A stretch of DNA of 64,000 nucleotides from Lachnospiraceae bacterium. GTDB lineage: Bacteria > Bacillota > Clostridia > Lachnospirales > Lachnospiraceae. Numbering within the stretch: position 1 is the first letter of the stretch; each line of letters begins with the position of its first letter. Of this stretch, positions 41,624 to 49,524 are shown piece by piece. The notes under the pieces are model-generated. The model made no database searches, had not been told where the DNA came from, and worked only from the letters and a program-made list of their open reading frames with translations. A program made the translations under genes and the position numbers. The stretch spans positions 10,284-74,283 of the forward strand of contig JAILQS010000015.1 in the NCBI GenBank assembly GCA_024698865.1. The letters are read 5' to 3'.

Positions 41624-43087
41624 TTACACTGCATTCAGGCTCTCAACAATTTCTTCCGTATGCATTCCGCGTGAACCTTTTACCATTACGATATCCCCTT
41701 TTTGAAGGTGTTCCTTCAGGTAGGCAATCGCCTGCTCGTTATATTCAAATTTGTGTACAATAATCTTTTCGGATAAATCCGTACCGGCATGGAGCAATCC
41801 ATCTGCAATTGCCTTTGCCTCTGTTCCAATACAAAGCAGTTCATTTACGTAGTTTTCCCCGTTTTTTTCGTTGGCAATAAAACCACCTACTTCATAATGA
41901 CAACGGTAGGAATCCTCTCCAAGTTCCAACACATCCGCAAGCACTGCAAAACGTCTGCCTGTTCCTTCCATCATCAAAAGAACTCCAATCCCACTCTTCA
42001 TGGAATCCGGGCTCGCATTGTAGGTATCATCAATGATACGTATACCGTCTTTTTCGAAAATCTGGCCGCGCATTGCAATCGGTGCATACGCTAAAAGTCC
42101 TTTGGCTGCATCCTGTGGTGCGATACCAAATTGTTTTGCAATCGCCATTGCCACAAGAGCATTTCCCACGTTATGCATTCCAAGTACGGAAAGTTTTACA
42201 TCAGCTTCTTCTTCCCCATTCACATATGTAAACTCCATACCGTTTTCCCTTGCCTTAATATCTTTTGCAAAAAATACGCGTTCTTCTCTGTCACACTCGT
42301 TTGTAGAAAAGATATGGAACGAAACTTTGGTAAGGGCTTCTTTGGTAAGAGGCGTTGTATGTTCCTCCTTTAATTTGCCTTCTGCCACATCCAGCAAAAG
42401 GCGGTCATCTCCGTTCAAATAAAGGATACTGTTTTCATCCATACAATTGATAATGTTCAGCTTTTCCTTGCGGATATTCTCTTTACTGCCAAGCTGTCCG
42501 ATATGGGAAACACCGATATTGGTCATTACCGCATACTTTGGTTTCGCAATCTGCACCAGACGTTCCATCTCGTGCCATTCGCTCATTCCCATCTCAATGA
42601 CAGCAACTTCTGTATCTTGATTGATTTCGAACATCATAAGTGCCAGACCAACCTGACTGTTCATATTTCCTTTGGTTTTCAAAACGTTGTATTTGGTTGC
42701 AAGCGCTGCTGATATCATTTCTTTCGTGGTAGTCTTACCTACACTTCCTGTAATACCAATCACCGGTACCTCAAACTTTTCACGATATGCAGTTGCAAGC
42801 TTTTGCATTGCACGTAATGTGTCCTCAACCTGAATATAAACTCCATTTTCCATGTCATCACTATCTTTTGTGTGACGTGAAGTAAATGTTGCAATCGCGC
42901 CATTTGCAAATGCGCCCTGAATATAGTTATGCGCATCTGTTCTTTCTCCGATAATCGGAACAAACAGTGCGTCCTTCTCAATCTCATTGGAATTGGTAGA
43001 TACACTTGTAACGCAAAGACTTTCATCTCCACATAATAATACGCCGTCTACTGCTTCTACGATTTCTTTGATCGTCATCTTTTCCAT
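41624..43087 (-). CDS. murF: UDP-N-acetylmuramoyl-tripeptide--D-alanyl-D-alanine ligase
   Basis: 487 aa with Mur ligase P-loop GITGSVGKTTTKEM and DDTYNASPDS. It lies downstream of murE. Confidence 0.88.
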   Translation of the reverse strand: MEKMTIKEIVEAVDGVLLCGDESLCVTSVSTNSNEIEKDALFVPIIGERTDAHNYIQGAFANGAIATFTSRHTKDSDDMENGVYIQVEDTLRAMQKLATAYREKFEVPVIGITGSVGKTTTKEMISAALATKYNVLKTKGNMNSQVGLALMMFEINQDTEVAVIEMGMSEWHEMERLVQIAKPKYAVMTNIGVSHIGQLGSKENIRKEKLNIINCMDENSILYLNGDDRLLLDVAEGKLKEEHTTPLTKEALTKVSFHIFSTNECDREERVFFAKDIKARENGMEFTYVNGEEEADVKLSVLGMHNVGNALVAMAIAKQFGIAPQDAAKGLLAYAPIAMRGQIFEKDGIRIIDDTYNASPDSMKSGIGVLLMMEGTGRRFAVLADVLELGEDSYRCHYEVGGFIANEKNGENYVNELLCIGTEAKAIADGLLHAGTDLSEKIIVHKFEYNEQAIAYLKEHLQKGDIVMVKGSRGMHTEEIVESLNAV

Positions 43088-43142
43088 GTCTTTTTCTCCA
43101 ATCTCCTATTCTTTCTATTGAATGCACATTTCATTTCGTACG

Positions 43143-43258
43143 ATGCGCTTTTTGCTTGTAAATATGCGCTTTTTGCTTGTAAATATGCGCTTTTTGCTTG
43201 TAAATATGCGCTTTGCCTGGTACATACACTCTTAATTTTATAAATATGCGTTTTGCTT
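43143..43258. repeat. 21-bp tandem repeat in the murE-murF spacer
   Basis: Three perfect head-to-tail copies of ATGCGCTTTTTGCTTGTAAAT at 43143-43205. A degenerate fourth copy follows at 43206-43226. A partial copy (ATATGCGTTTTGCTT) lies at 43244-43258, abutting the murE stop. Confidence 0.95.
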
Positions 43259-44738
43259 AAATACCCTGCAGGATTTCGCGAATCAGATCACGTTCATCCA
43301 TTTTGTATTTCTTTCCTTTGATTTCCTGATAATCTTCATGTCCTTTTCCGGCAAGCACGATAACATCGCCCTCTTTGGCATTGTCCATACAATACTTGAT
43401 GGCTTCCTTGCGGTTTTCAATTGTTACATAGGCACCATCCGCTTTTTTAACACCGGTCACAATATCGTCCATAATTGCCTGCGGCTCTTCATCCCTTGGA
43501 TTATCTGAAGTTACCACTGTCAAATCCGCCAGTTTGGAAGAAATCTCACCCATCTCAAATCTACGTAATTTGGAACGATTGCCACCACATCCAAACAGAC
43601 AAACCAGACGTTTTGGATTATATGCACGTAACGTAGTCAAAAGACTTTCCAATGCCATAGCATTATGCGCATAATCAATCATCAGCGTGTACTTTGGAGA
43701 TACCGGAATCAGCTCCACTCTTCCCTTAACGGTTGTAGACACAGCCGCTTCTCGAATCACATCAAAAGAAACCCCAAAGTGTCTGCAGATTGCAACTGCA
43801 CAAAGGGAATTATACACACTGAAATCACCCGGAATATCTACAACGATATGTTGTTTATCCACAACTTCCCCGTCTTTTTTCACATTAATATCATAAGACA
43901 CGCCAAGTATCTGCGGTTTCTGGAACAACTCTACATTCTCAGCCTGCAAATCTGCCTCCTTGGAATAGCCAAATGTTTCCACTTCGCAGGTGTGACCTTC
44001 CATTACCTGTTTGCAGTACTCGCTGTCTATATTGAAAATTCCATGTTTACACTGTTTGAAAAGCATCGCTTTGCAGGAAATGTAGTCGTCCATATCCTTA
44101 TGCTCATTTGGTCCGATATGATCCGGCTCAAGATTGGTAAAGATACCGTAATCAAACGTAAATCCACCGACTCTATGTAACATCAGCCCCTGCGAGGAAA
44201 CTTCCATTACAACACATTCCAGCCCGGCATCTACCATCTCACGGAATGTTTTTTGTAACACATAAGATTCCGGTGTGGTGTTAAGTGCCGGCGTTGCTTT
44301 ATCGCCAATAATAGTTTCAATCGTACCAACAAGACCGGTTTTGATTCCTGCCTTCTCAAGCATTGCTTTTACAAGATAAGTCGTTGTCGTCTTACCTTTT
44401 GTTCCGGTAATACCAATTGTCTTTAATTCCTTTGCCGGATATCCAAAAAATGCAGCTGACATCTGGCTCAACGCAAGTCTGCTGTTATCCACTTTAAGAA
44501 TACATACGCCTTCCGGTGCTTCCATATCTTTTTCTACTATAACTGCCGCTGCACCTTTTTCAATTACATCCGGAACGAAATCGTGTGCATCACGAACTGC
44601 GCCACTGATACATACAAAAACATCGCCTTTTGTAACTTTTCTGGAATCATAAACCAGCTCATTTACCTCAATATCCGCATTTCCCTGCAAACATTTATAC
44701 TCTACATTTTCCACTAAATCCAATAATCTCATATTCAA
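43257..44738 (-). CDS. murE: UDP-N-acetylmuramoyl-L-alanyl-D-glutamate--2,6-diaminopimelate ligase
   Basis: 493 aa with GITGTKGKTTTT, a DNPR motif (TSDNPRDEEP, the DAP-specific type) and GKGHE. Confidence 0.92.
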   Translation of the reverse strand: MNMRLLDLVENVEYKCLQGNADIEVNELVYDSRKVTKGDVFVCISGAVRDAHDFVPDVIEKGAAAVIVEKDMEAPEGVCILKVDNSRLALSQMSAAFFGYPAKELKTIGITGTKGKTTTTYLVKAMLEKAGIKTGLVGTIETIIGDKATPALNTTPESYVLQKTFREMVDAGLECVVMEVSSQGLMLHRVGGFTFDYGIFTNLEPDHIGPNEHKDMDDYISCKAMLFKQCKHGIFNIDSEYCKQVMEGHTCEVETFGYSKEADLQAENVELFQKPQILGVSYDINVKKDGEVVDKQHIVVDIPGDFSVYNSLCAVAICRHFGVSFDVIREAAVSTTVKGRVELIPVSPKYTLMIDYAHNAMALESLLTTLRAYNPKRLVCLFGCGGNRSKLRRFEMGEISSKLADLTVVTSDNPRDEEPQAIMDDIVTGVKKADGAYVTIENRKEAIKYCMDNAKEGDVIVLAGKGHEDYQEIKGKKYKMDERDLIREILQGI

Positions 44739-44847
44739 TCCCTCTTAAAACTCTGCCGCATACGCTGTCACTCACAAATCCGTATGTCAAGACAAATATC
44801 TTCTTTATCATTGTATACCTGTATCACCTGTAATAATGACTGTAAAT

Positions 44848-45681
44848 TTATACGTCAATCTCACCGTCAAATACAATCGTTGCAGGCCCGGTCATGAAAA
44901 TGTGGTTGCTTTCCCTGTCGTAGCGAATGGTCAGGTCTCCGCCAAGCAAATGTACCAGCACCTCATCCTCTGTTTTTTCATTCTCTATGCAGGCAAATAC
45001 GGCTGCACAGGTACCGGTTCCACAGGCAAATGTCTCAGCAGAACCTCTCTCCCATACACGCATGTTAATTGTCTTACGGTCTAAGACCTGAACAAACTCT
45101 GTATTCACGCGATTTGGAAATCTCTCATGTTTTTCGAAATACGGACCGACTTCTTCAATCGGAAAATTCTTCGTGTCGTCCACAAACACGACCGCATGCG
45201 GATTCCCCATGGAAATACAGGTCATCTCATATGTAGTGCCCTGCACGTCAATCGGTTCAGCAATTACAATCTCTCTATCCGAAACAACCGGAATCAGCTC
45301 CGGCTTTGTAATCGGTTCACCCATATCCACCGTAACGCTGGAAACCTTGCCCTCTTCAACCGTCAGTTCAAGAATCTTGATACCAGCCTTGGTATCTACG
45401 GTGATTGTTGTTTTGTCAGTCAAACCTTTATCATACACATATTTCGCAACGCAACGAATTCCATTTCCACACATTTCCCCTTCGGAACCGTCCGCATTAA
45501 AAATATTCATTTCGAAATCCGCTTTATCGGAAGGTTTGATGAGAATCAAGCCGTCCGATCCAATTCCAAAATGTCTGTCACTGACTTTTATCGAAACCTC
45601 TGAAGGGTTCTCTACCTTCTCCTCCAGACAATTCACATAAACATAATCATTTCCACACCCGTGCATCTTCGTAAATTTCAT
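44848..45681 (-). CDS. dapF: diaminopimelate epimerase
   Basis: Begins MKFTKMHGCGNDY, with the two catalytic Cys contexts (GEMCGNGIRC and FACGTG). ATG at 45681 has GGAGG 8 nt upstream. The ORF track extends to 45741. Confidence 0.93.
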   Translation of the reverse strand: MKFTKMHGCGNDYVYVNCLEEKVENPSEVSIKVSDRHFGIGSDGLILIKPSDKADFEMNIFNADGSEGEMCGNGIRCVAKYVYDKGLTDKTTITVDTKAGIKILELTVEEGKVSSVTVDMGEPITKPELIPVVSDREIVIAEPIDVQGTTYEMTCISMGNPHAVVFVDDTKNFPIEEVGPYFEKHERFPNRVNTEFVQVLDRKTINMRVWERGSAETFACGTGTCAAVFACIENEKTEDEVLVHLLGGDLTIRYDRESNHIFMTGPATIVFDGEIDV

Positions 45682-45767
45682 AGTCTTTTCCTCCGTTTTA
45701 TAAGCATTGTGCCTTGTATCTTTGAAGTCATTTTTTGTCATTCATTCTAATAACACATATCTAATAA

Positions 45768-45796
45768 ATTATAATCGAATCCCTATATAGTGTCAA
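45768..45796 (-). promoter_or_regulatory. consensus sigma-A promoter of dapF
   Basis: Minus strand shows TTGACA, an exact 17-nt spacer, then TATAAT, about 85 nt upstream of the dapF ATG. Confidence 0.7.
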
Positions 45797-45845
45797 TTTA
45801 CAGGGAGACATTCTGTGGCTTTTCGTACTCTGGATTTGCACCTCC

Positions 45846-45975
45846 CACAGTGTCTATGCGTCAGCTCCTTGGTTCTGTCTACTCGTCAGAACTTCTCTTG
45901 CTTCTGCTTACACGTCACCCCCTATCTTCTGTCTACACGTCAACCCCTTTCTTCTGTCTACACGTCACCCCCTCC
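45846..45975. repeat. iteron-like array of five direct repeats (25-28 bp)
   Basis: Units lie at 45846-45872, 45873-45900, 45901-45925, 45926-45950 and 45951-45975. The three right-hand units are near-identical (CTTCTGTCTACACGTCACCCCCT). The two units nearest the promoter are degenerate. There are no spacers. Confidence 0.9.
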
Positions 45976-46103
45976 CTATCTATTTCAATCGGGGGGCGCT
46001 CTCGCTAAGCAACTTACGCAGTGGATACTAACGCAGCAAAAAACGCTGCGAAGTACCAGCGTAAGTTAATTCCCCCTTTTGAAACAGATAGCAAGGGGCT
46101 GAC
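45964..46103. other. ~140-bp nested imperfect palindrome adjoining the repeat array
   Basis: Hand-paired arms are 45964-45973/46094-46103, 45976-45988/46079-46091, 45991-45995/46072-46076, 46011-46019/46059-46067 and 46022-46029/46052-46058, plus an apical hairpin at 46032-46037/46045-46050. The right arm contains an inverted degenerate copy of the repeat unit. Confidence 0.8.
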
Positions 46104-46154
46104 TATTTAGGCAGGTGCTTGCCAATTAGTTGGTATTTCCATTTTTTGTAAGCG

Positions 46155-46197
46155 CTTTTTCAATTTTCGTTTGAAGAACAACGAAAAATTGAAAAAG
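46155..46197. other. AT-rich 17-bp hairpin downstream of the 448-aa secreted-protein gene (possible terminator)
   Basis: CTTTTTCAATTTTCGTT, an 8-nt loop, then AACGAAAAATTGAAAAAG. A second A/T hairpin (AAAGAAAGAAA...TTTCTTTCTTT) lies at about 46197-46238. There is no clean U-tract on the minus strand. Confidence 0.45.
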
Positions 46198-46252
46198 AAA
46201 AAGAAAGAAATTATATTTTCATTATTTTTCTTTCTTTAATGTTCCTTCTTAT

Positions 46253-47599
46253 CTATCCTTCTCCACACCGCACTCCGCACAGATAGTATGTCTCTCCGTT
46301 TTCCGTAATCGTCTTCTTTGGCTGCTTTCCGGATGAAACGGTTACGCCCTCTCCGCTTTTTAGGCTTGCCGTTCCGGTGCTAAATAGCGTGTATTTATCC
46401 GTCTTTACCGTTCCTACCATACTTCTTGCGCTATTATAGGTATAACTTCCATCACTACTCATTACTGCATTCTGTGGCTGTTTCCATGCGTTTTCTTCTG
46501 CGTCATACAGGTACACATATCCATTCACTTCGTAGGAATACTGCTGACGTATCGGCTTTCCCTTTCGGTACAGATAAATCACGTTTAATCCGCTTTTGGT
46601 CAGCGGAAACTTATGTGTCGTTGCCAACAGTTTCGATAAATCCGTCTGGTACTGACTTCCCTTGAAATCCTCCTCCGTAATGGCACTCGTCTGCGTCAGC
46701 TGTTCTTTCCCGTTCACTTTTGGCATTTGATGCCACGTCGTGTCCGCACTGGCAACCGATATCTCTTTTCCCTGGGACACCGCCTTCGTCCACCGCGTTC
46801 CGTATAAATAATATGTCGCTCCGCCACTCACGATCGTCTTCGGTGGCTGTTTCGCCTTTGGCACCACGTATCCTCCTGACGTGATGTCGCTGCTATTATC
46901 ACTAATTTTCTCCGCTTCTTTTATCTGTTCCAGCCAATCATCCCTACTGTTATAGGTATAATGACCATCCGAACTCTTTACCCCGCTGGCTTGGCTATAC
47001 TTACTTTGCCCGTCATACAGGTACGCATACCCAAACACCGGAATGGTAAAGGGCACGCTGATGTTAAAGTGATCTGCCAAATCTTCGGGATTGCTCCATT
47101 GTTCTGCATGTTTTATCTCATCCAGTGTATAATATGGTCCTTTTCGTTTCGAATACTTTCCATTCCCGTCACGGTATCCCGATTCCATCACGGCATTCAA
47201 ATATACGTGACATCCGGCCGCCTTCAGTCGCGCGTCCGTTACCCCTGCCTTCTCCAGACAATCCTCGATGTTTTCATAGGAAAAGTAATACGTGGTGGTA
47301 GCGATACCTTCCTGATCCACTACCGTATTACTTTCCCCTTTCTCCAACAAAAAGTAAGCCCCTTCCTTTGGTTTCTCGTTCTCCTTACCCGTGGTATAGG
47401 TCACACTAAAGCCAATGGTCCGGTACACGGTGGCATTGGTAGCTCCTCCTGCCTTATCTGTGAGTTCAAAGGTAACCATGGTTTTCCCGTTTTTTGGTTT
47501 CAATACTGCATTCACTTCTTCTTTTGCCGCTTCACTTTTTACCGATACCAACAGCAAAAGCATCAGCACACTACATAGATAACGAAACATTTTTTTCAT
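46253..47599 (-). CDS. secreted protein of unknown function with internal duplication
   Basis: 448 aa with a signal peptide (LLLLVSVKSEA-AKE). Two similar ~90-aa modules show GY.YLYD....SSDG.YTYNS...KQP.KTI..GG.TYYL.G.R. The gene is visibly GC-richer (about 50-58% in sampled lines) than its neighbours (about 40%). Confidence 0.7.
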   Translation of the reverse strand: MKKMFRYLCSVLMLLLLVSVKSEAAKEEVNAVLKPKNGKTMVTFELTDKAGGATNATVYRTIGFSVTYTTGKENEKPKEGAYFLLEKGESNTVVDQEGIATTTYYFSYENIEDCLEKAGVTDARLKAAGCHVYLNAVMESGYRDGNGKYSKRKGPYYTLDEIKHAEQWSNPEDLADHFNISVPFTIPVFGYAYLYDGQSKYSQASGVKSSDGHYTYNSRDDWLEQIKEAEKISDNSSDITSGGYVVPKAKQPPKTIVSGGATYYLYGTRWTKAVSQGKEISVASADTTWHQMPKVNGKEQLTQTSAITEEDFKGSQYQTDLSKLLATTHKFPLTKSGLNVIYLYRKGKPIRQQYSYEVNGYVYLYDAEENAWKQPQNAVMSSDGSYTYNSARSMVGTVKTDKYTLFSTGTASLKSGEGVTVSSGKQPKKTITENGETYYLCGVRCGEG

Positions 47600-47668
47600 C
47601 CGACCAACACTCCTTTTTTCTCTTACAAGTATTGTAGGCTTAATTCCCTATTCAAAGTCAAGCACAAT

Positions 47669-47700
47669 TAAAAAAAAGAGAAATGCCAAAGCATTTCTCT
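47669..47700 (-). terminator. rho-independent terminator after the 433-aa secreted-protein gene
   Basis: Minus strand shows AGAGAAATGC-TTTG-GCATTTCTCT followed by T8. Confidence 0.85.
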
Positions 47701-47715
47701 TAAAAAAGAAGTCTT

Positions 47716-49017
47716 TTAGTTGTCCATCAGTTCACACTTCCAGTTGAGTCCCTTCTTCACCTGTTTCTTTTCAATCTGTTCACAAAGCACGTCACCAGAA
47801 TATTCTGCACTATCAACAACTCTCCAGGTTTCCGGAGCCTGATCACCGGATAATCTTACATCAAAGAACTTGGTAACATACTTGTTCTTTTTCAATCCGG
47901 TAATAAACGGATCATCTCCTGAAAGAATCGATGTCTGGTCGTTTGGCTGATGATACACTGCAGAAGGTACCTTATCCGCTTTTACCTTAAAAGTGGCTGC
48001 CACACGGAAAATCAGACCTCCATCAAAGTAGGCAGAAGAAATATCTGTAGACACCTGCTTACAGGTAAGCTGCACATGGTTCTTCTTCGCTCTCTTCACA
48101 TACGCTCTCAGTTCCTTCTCGAATTTGCTTAACCAATCACTACCCCAGTTATATTCATTCGAGGTGGATACGATATCCGATACAAACTTTTTCGTGCTGG
48201 TCTTCTTATAGTTATAAGAAAGTCTGGTACGTACGTTTTTGAGAATGCGATCCATATAAGTATCGCCATCGATGTCAAGTGCTGTACCTACCAAGCCAAA
48301 TCCGGTATGATACTTTCTTACGTCCTTTGGCCATGCAAAGTCTTCCAGGTTCTTTTGTGGGCGGCTATACTTTGGATTCTGGAAGGAAAAGTTCCACTCA
48401 TAGTATTTATTTGGAAAACTGTCTAAAATGTACGAATAACACTTATAGTTCTTTGGCAGGTTCGTTCTTCTGGTTACCTGTCCGTCATCCGTGATTTTGA
48501 TTCGTTTTCCTTTGTTTACTAAGCGGGATACATATGTCTTTCTCTGACTTGTAGTAACCTTCTTTTTTGGTTCCAATGAACGTGTATGGGTATAGTTTCC
48601 GTTCTTCTTTCCCACAAGGATACCTTTGACAAAACACTGATACATATCCTCCTTCTTGGTAGGATTGATCTTCTTTCTGTCTTTGATTCTACTTTTAGAA
48701 ACGACCGCATCGTATTTCTTTGTAGAATAGGTTCCCCCGTTTAACTGAAGGTCACACCAGTTGAGAATTACCGCTGCATCTTCCTGAGTGATCTTTTTCT
48801 TTCCATCGGCTACCTTTCCGTAGGTTCCTTCATTAATGGCTTCTTTTTTGATTCCGGTTTTTTTCGCTACATATGAGACAAACTGGTTGCCGGTTATATA
48901 TGTAACCTTTTTCTGCTTTGCCTCTGCATGGGTGTTTGAAAGCATACCACCGGTAAGTACAATTCCTACTACAAGTCCCATCATAAGGCTTTTTAAAACT
49001 CTTCTTTTCATATCCAT
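47716..49017 (-). CDS. secreted, lysine-rich protein of unknown function
   Basis: The signal peptide (MDMKRRVLKSLMMGLVVGIVLTGGMLSNTHAEA) begins at ATG 49017, with AGGGAG 12 nt upstream. Two weak SLH-like segments lie near the N-terminus. The ORF track extends to 49059. Confidence 0.7.
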   Translation of the reverse strand: MDMKRRVLKSLMMGLVVGIVLTGGMLSNTHAEAKQKKVTYITGNQFVSYVAKKTGIKKEAINEGTYGKVADGKKKITQEDAAVILNWCDLQLNGGTYSTKKYDAVVSKSRIKDRKKINPTKKEDMYQCFVKGILVGKKNGNYTHTRSLEPKKKVTTSQRKTYVSRLVNKGKRIKITDDGQVTRRTNLPKNYKCYSYILDSFPNKYYEWNFSFQNPKYSRPQKNLEDFAWPKDVRKYHTGFGLVGTALDIDGDTYMDRILKNVRTRLSYNYKKTSTKKFVSDIVSTSNEYNWGSDWLSKFEKELRAYVKRAKKNHVQLTCKQVSTDISSAYFDGGLIFRVAATFKVKADKVPSAVYHQPNDQTSILSGDDPFITGLKKNKYVTKFFDVRLSGDQAPETWRVVDSAEYSGDVLCEQIEKKQVKKGLNWKCELMDN

Positions 49018-49241
49018 TACTCTACTTATCTCCCTTGACTCATAAACTCCGACAAACACTTCCTGTTGTCGAAATCATCTTAATTATAACAATTCTTATT
49101 TTCCACAAGTCCCATTATATAGTACATCAGTCCTAAAAGACAACTGTTTTCTATTACACACTACAAAAAAATGTGTCCTCACATTTATGCCCTCAGATCA
49201 AGTTCATATCGAAGGGTGGCATATAATTTTCCCTTCAGTAA

Positions 49242-49397
49242 CAGAGATGGGCAGTCCGGATGCCCTATCGATTCCAAAGGCTGCATTTTCACACGTCGGT
49301 GCTTGGTTGCGTCTTTTGCGACCTTAGCATCCGCTACGTGTGAAACTGAACGAAAGTGTCAGCCACTTGGAATTGATAGAGTATACGGACTGCCCCC
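49242..49397 (+). other. 156-nt rod-like imperfect palindrome (candidate structured RNA or MITE-like insertion)
   Basis: About 60 hand-paired positions: 49249-49258/49386-49395, 49260-49263/49381-49384, 49265-49277/49367-49379, 49279-49283/49360-49364, 49288-49296/49336-49344 and an apical stem at 49305-49311/49317-49323. All four wobble positions are G-U on the plus strand. It is flanked by direct TCAGTAA at 49235-49241 and 49398-49404. Confidence 0.6.
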
Positions 49398-49457
49398 TCA
49401 GTAATCATAAGAAAAATAATAATATACCAATTTACTAGTGAAAGTCGAAAAAAATTG

Positions 49458-49466
49458 TGCTATAAT
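49458..49466 (+). promoter_or_regulatory. extended -10 promoter of the L,D-transpeptidase gene
   Basis: TGcTATAAT (TG at 49458-49459, TATAAT at 49461-49466) lies about 60 nt upstream of the ATG. The -35 is weak. Confidence 0.55.
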
Positions 49467-49524
49467 GTTTTAGACTACTACGGTAGTCAAAATGGGGGAT
49501 AAACAGTAACACAGGGAGGAACTT

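Noticed and set aside
45846-45975. Possible CRISPR array, given regularly spaced ~25-bp repeats
   Set aside because: The units abut one another with no spacers, they degrade progressively, and no cas genes are in the window. This is a tandem repeat, not a CRISPR array. The same applies to the 21-bp repeat at 43143-43258.
45790-46069. ORFs 45790..46008 (72 aa) and 45815..46069 (84 aa) on the plus strand
   Set aside because: Their low-complexity translations simply read through the tandem repeats (LSTRQ/LSSVYTS repeated). They have no SD sequence and overlap the dapF promoter. They are most likely non-coding.
45991-46076. tRNA-like or tmRNA-like element, because a G-run and C-run close an ~85-nt structure
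   Set aside because: The arms do not give a 7-bp acceptor stem, D/anticodon/T arms or a T-loop consensus. There is no CCA context.
45901-49344. Shared ACACGTC core between the iteron units and the inner stem of the 49.3-kb palindrome (TTCACACGTC / GACGTGTGAA-like), hinting at one DNA-binding protein for both sites
   Set aside because: This is only a 7-mer match. The chance expectation in about 900 nt of two-strand search space is a few percent. I keep it as a note, not a claim.
49211-49366. Riboswitch or leader fragments: T-box-like GGGTGGCA (49214-49221), B12-box-like GCCACT (49362-49367) and GGGCA as in c-di-GMP-II
   Set aside because: These are isolated short matches only. The surrounding consensus elements are absent, including the specifier and antiterminator, the remainder of the B12 box, and the GUGCAACCG partner. 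The fold is a simple rod, not any of those architectures.
49171-49404. 77-aa cysteine-rich ORF (6 Cys) that could be a small secreted peptide or RiPP precursor
   Set aside because: No Shine-Dalgarno precedes the ATG, which lies in an A-run. The ORF is co-extensive with the long palindrome, which would generate an open frame by chance. No maturation genes are nearby.
45800-49500. Integrated mobile element, prophage remnant or defence island between dapF and the L,D-transpeptidase gene
   Set aside because: No integrase, transposase, Rep, nuclease, ATPase or other defence-type gene is present. Only two secreted proteins are encoded. The repeat and palindrome boundaries and the GC shift are reported as findings, but a mobile-element call is not supportable.
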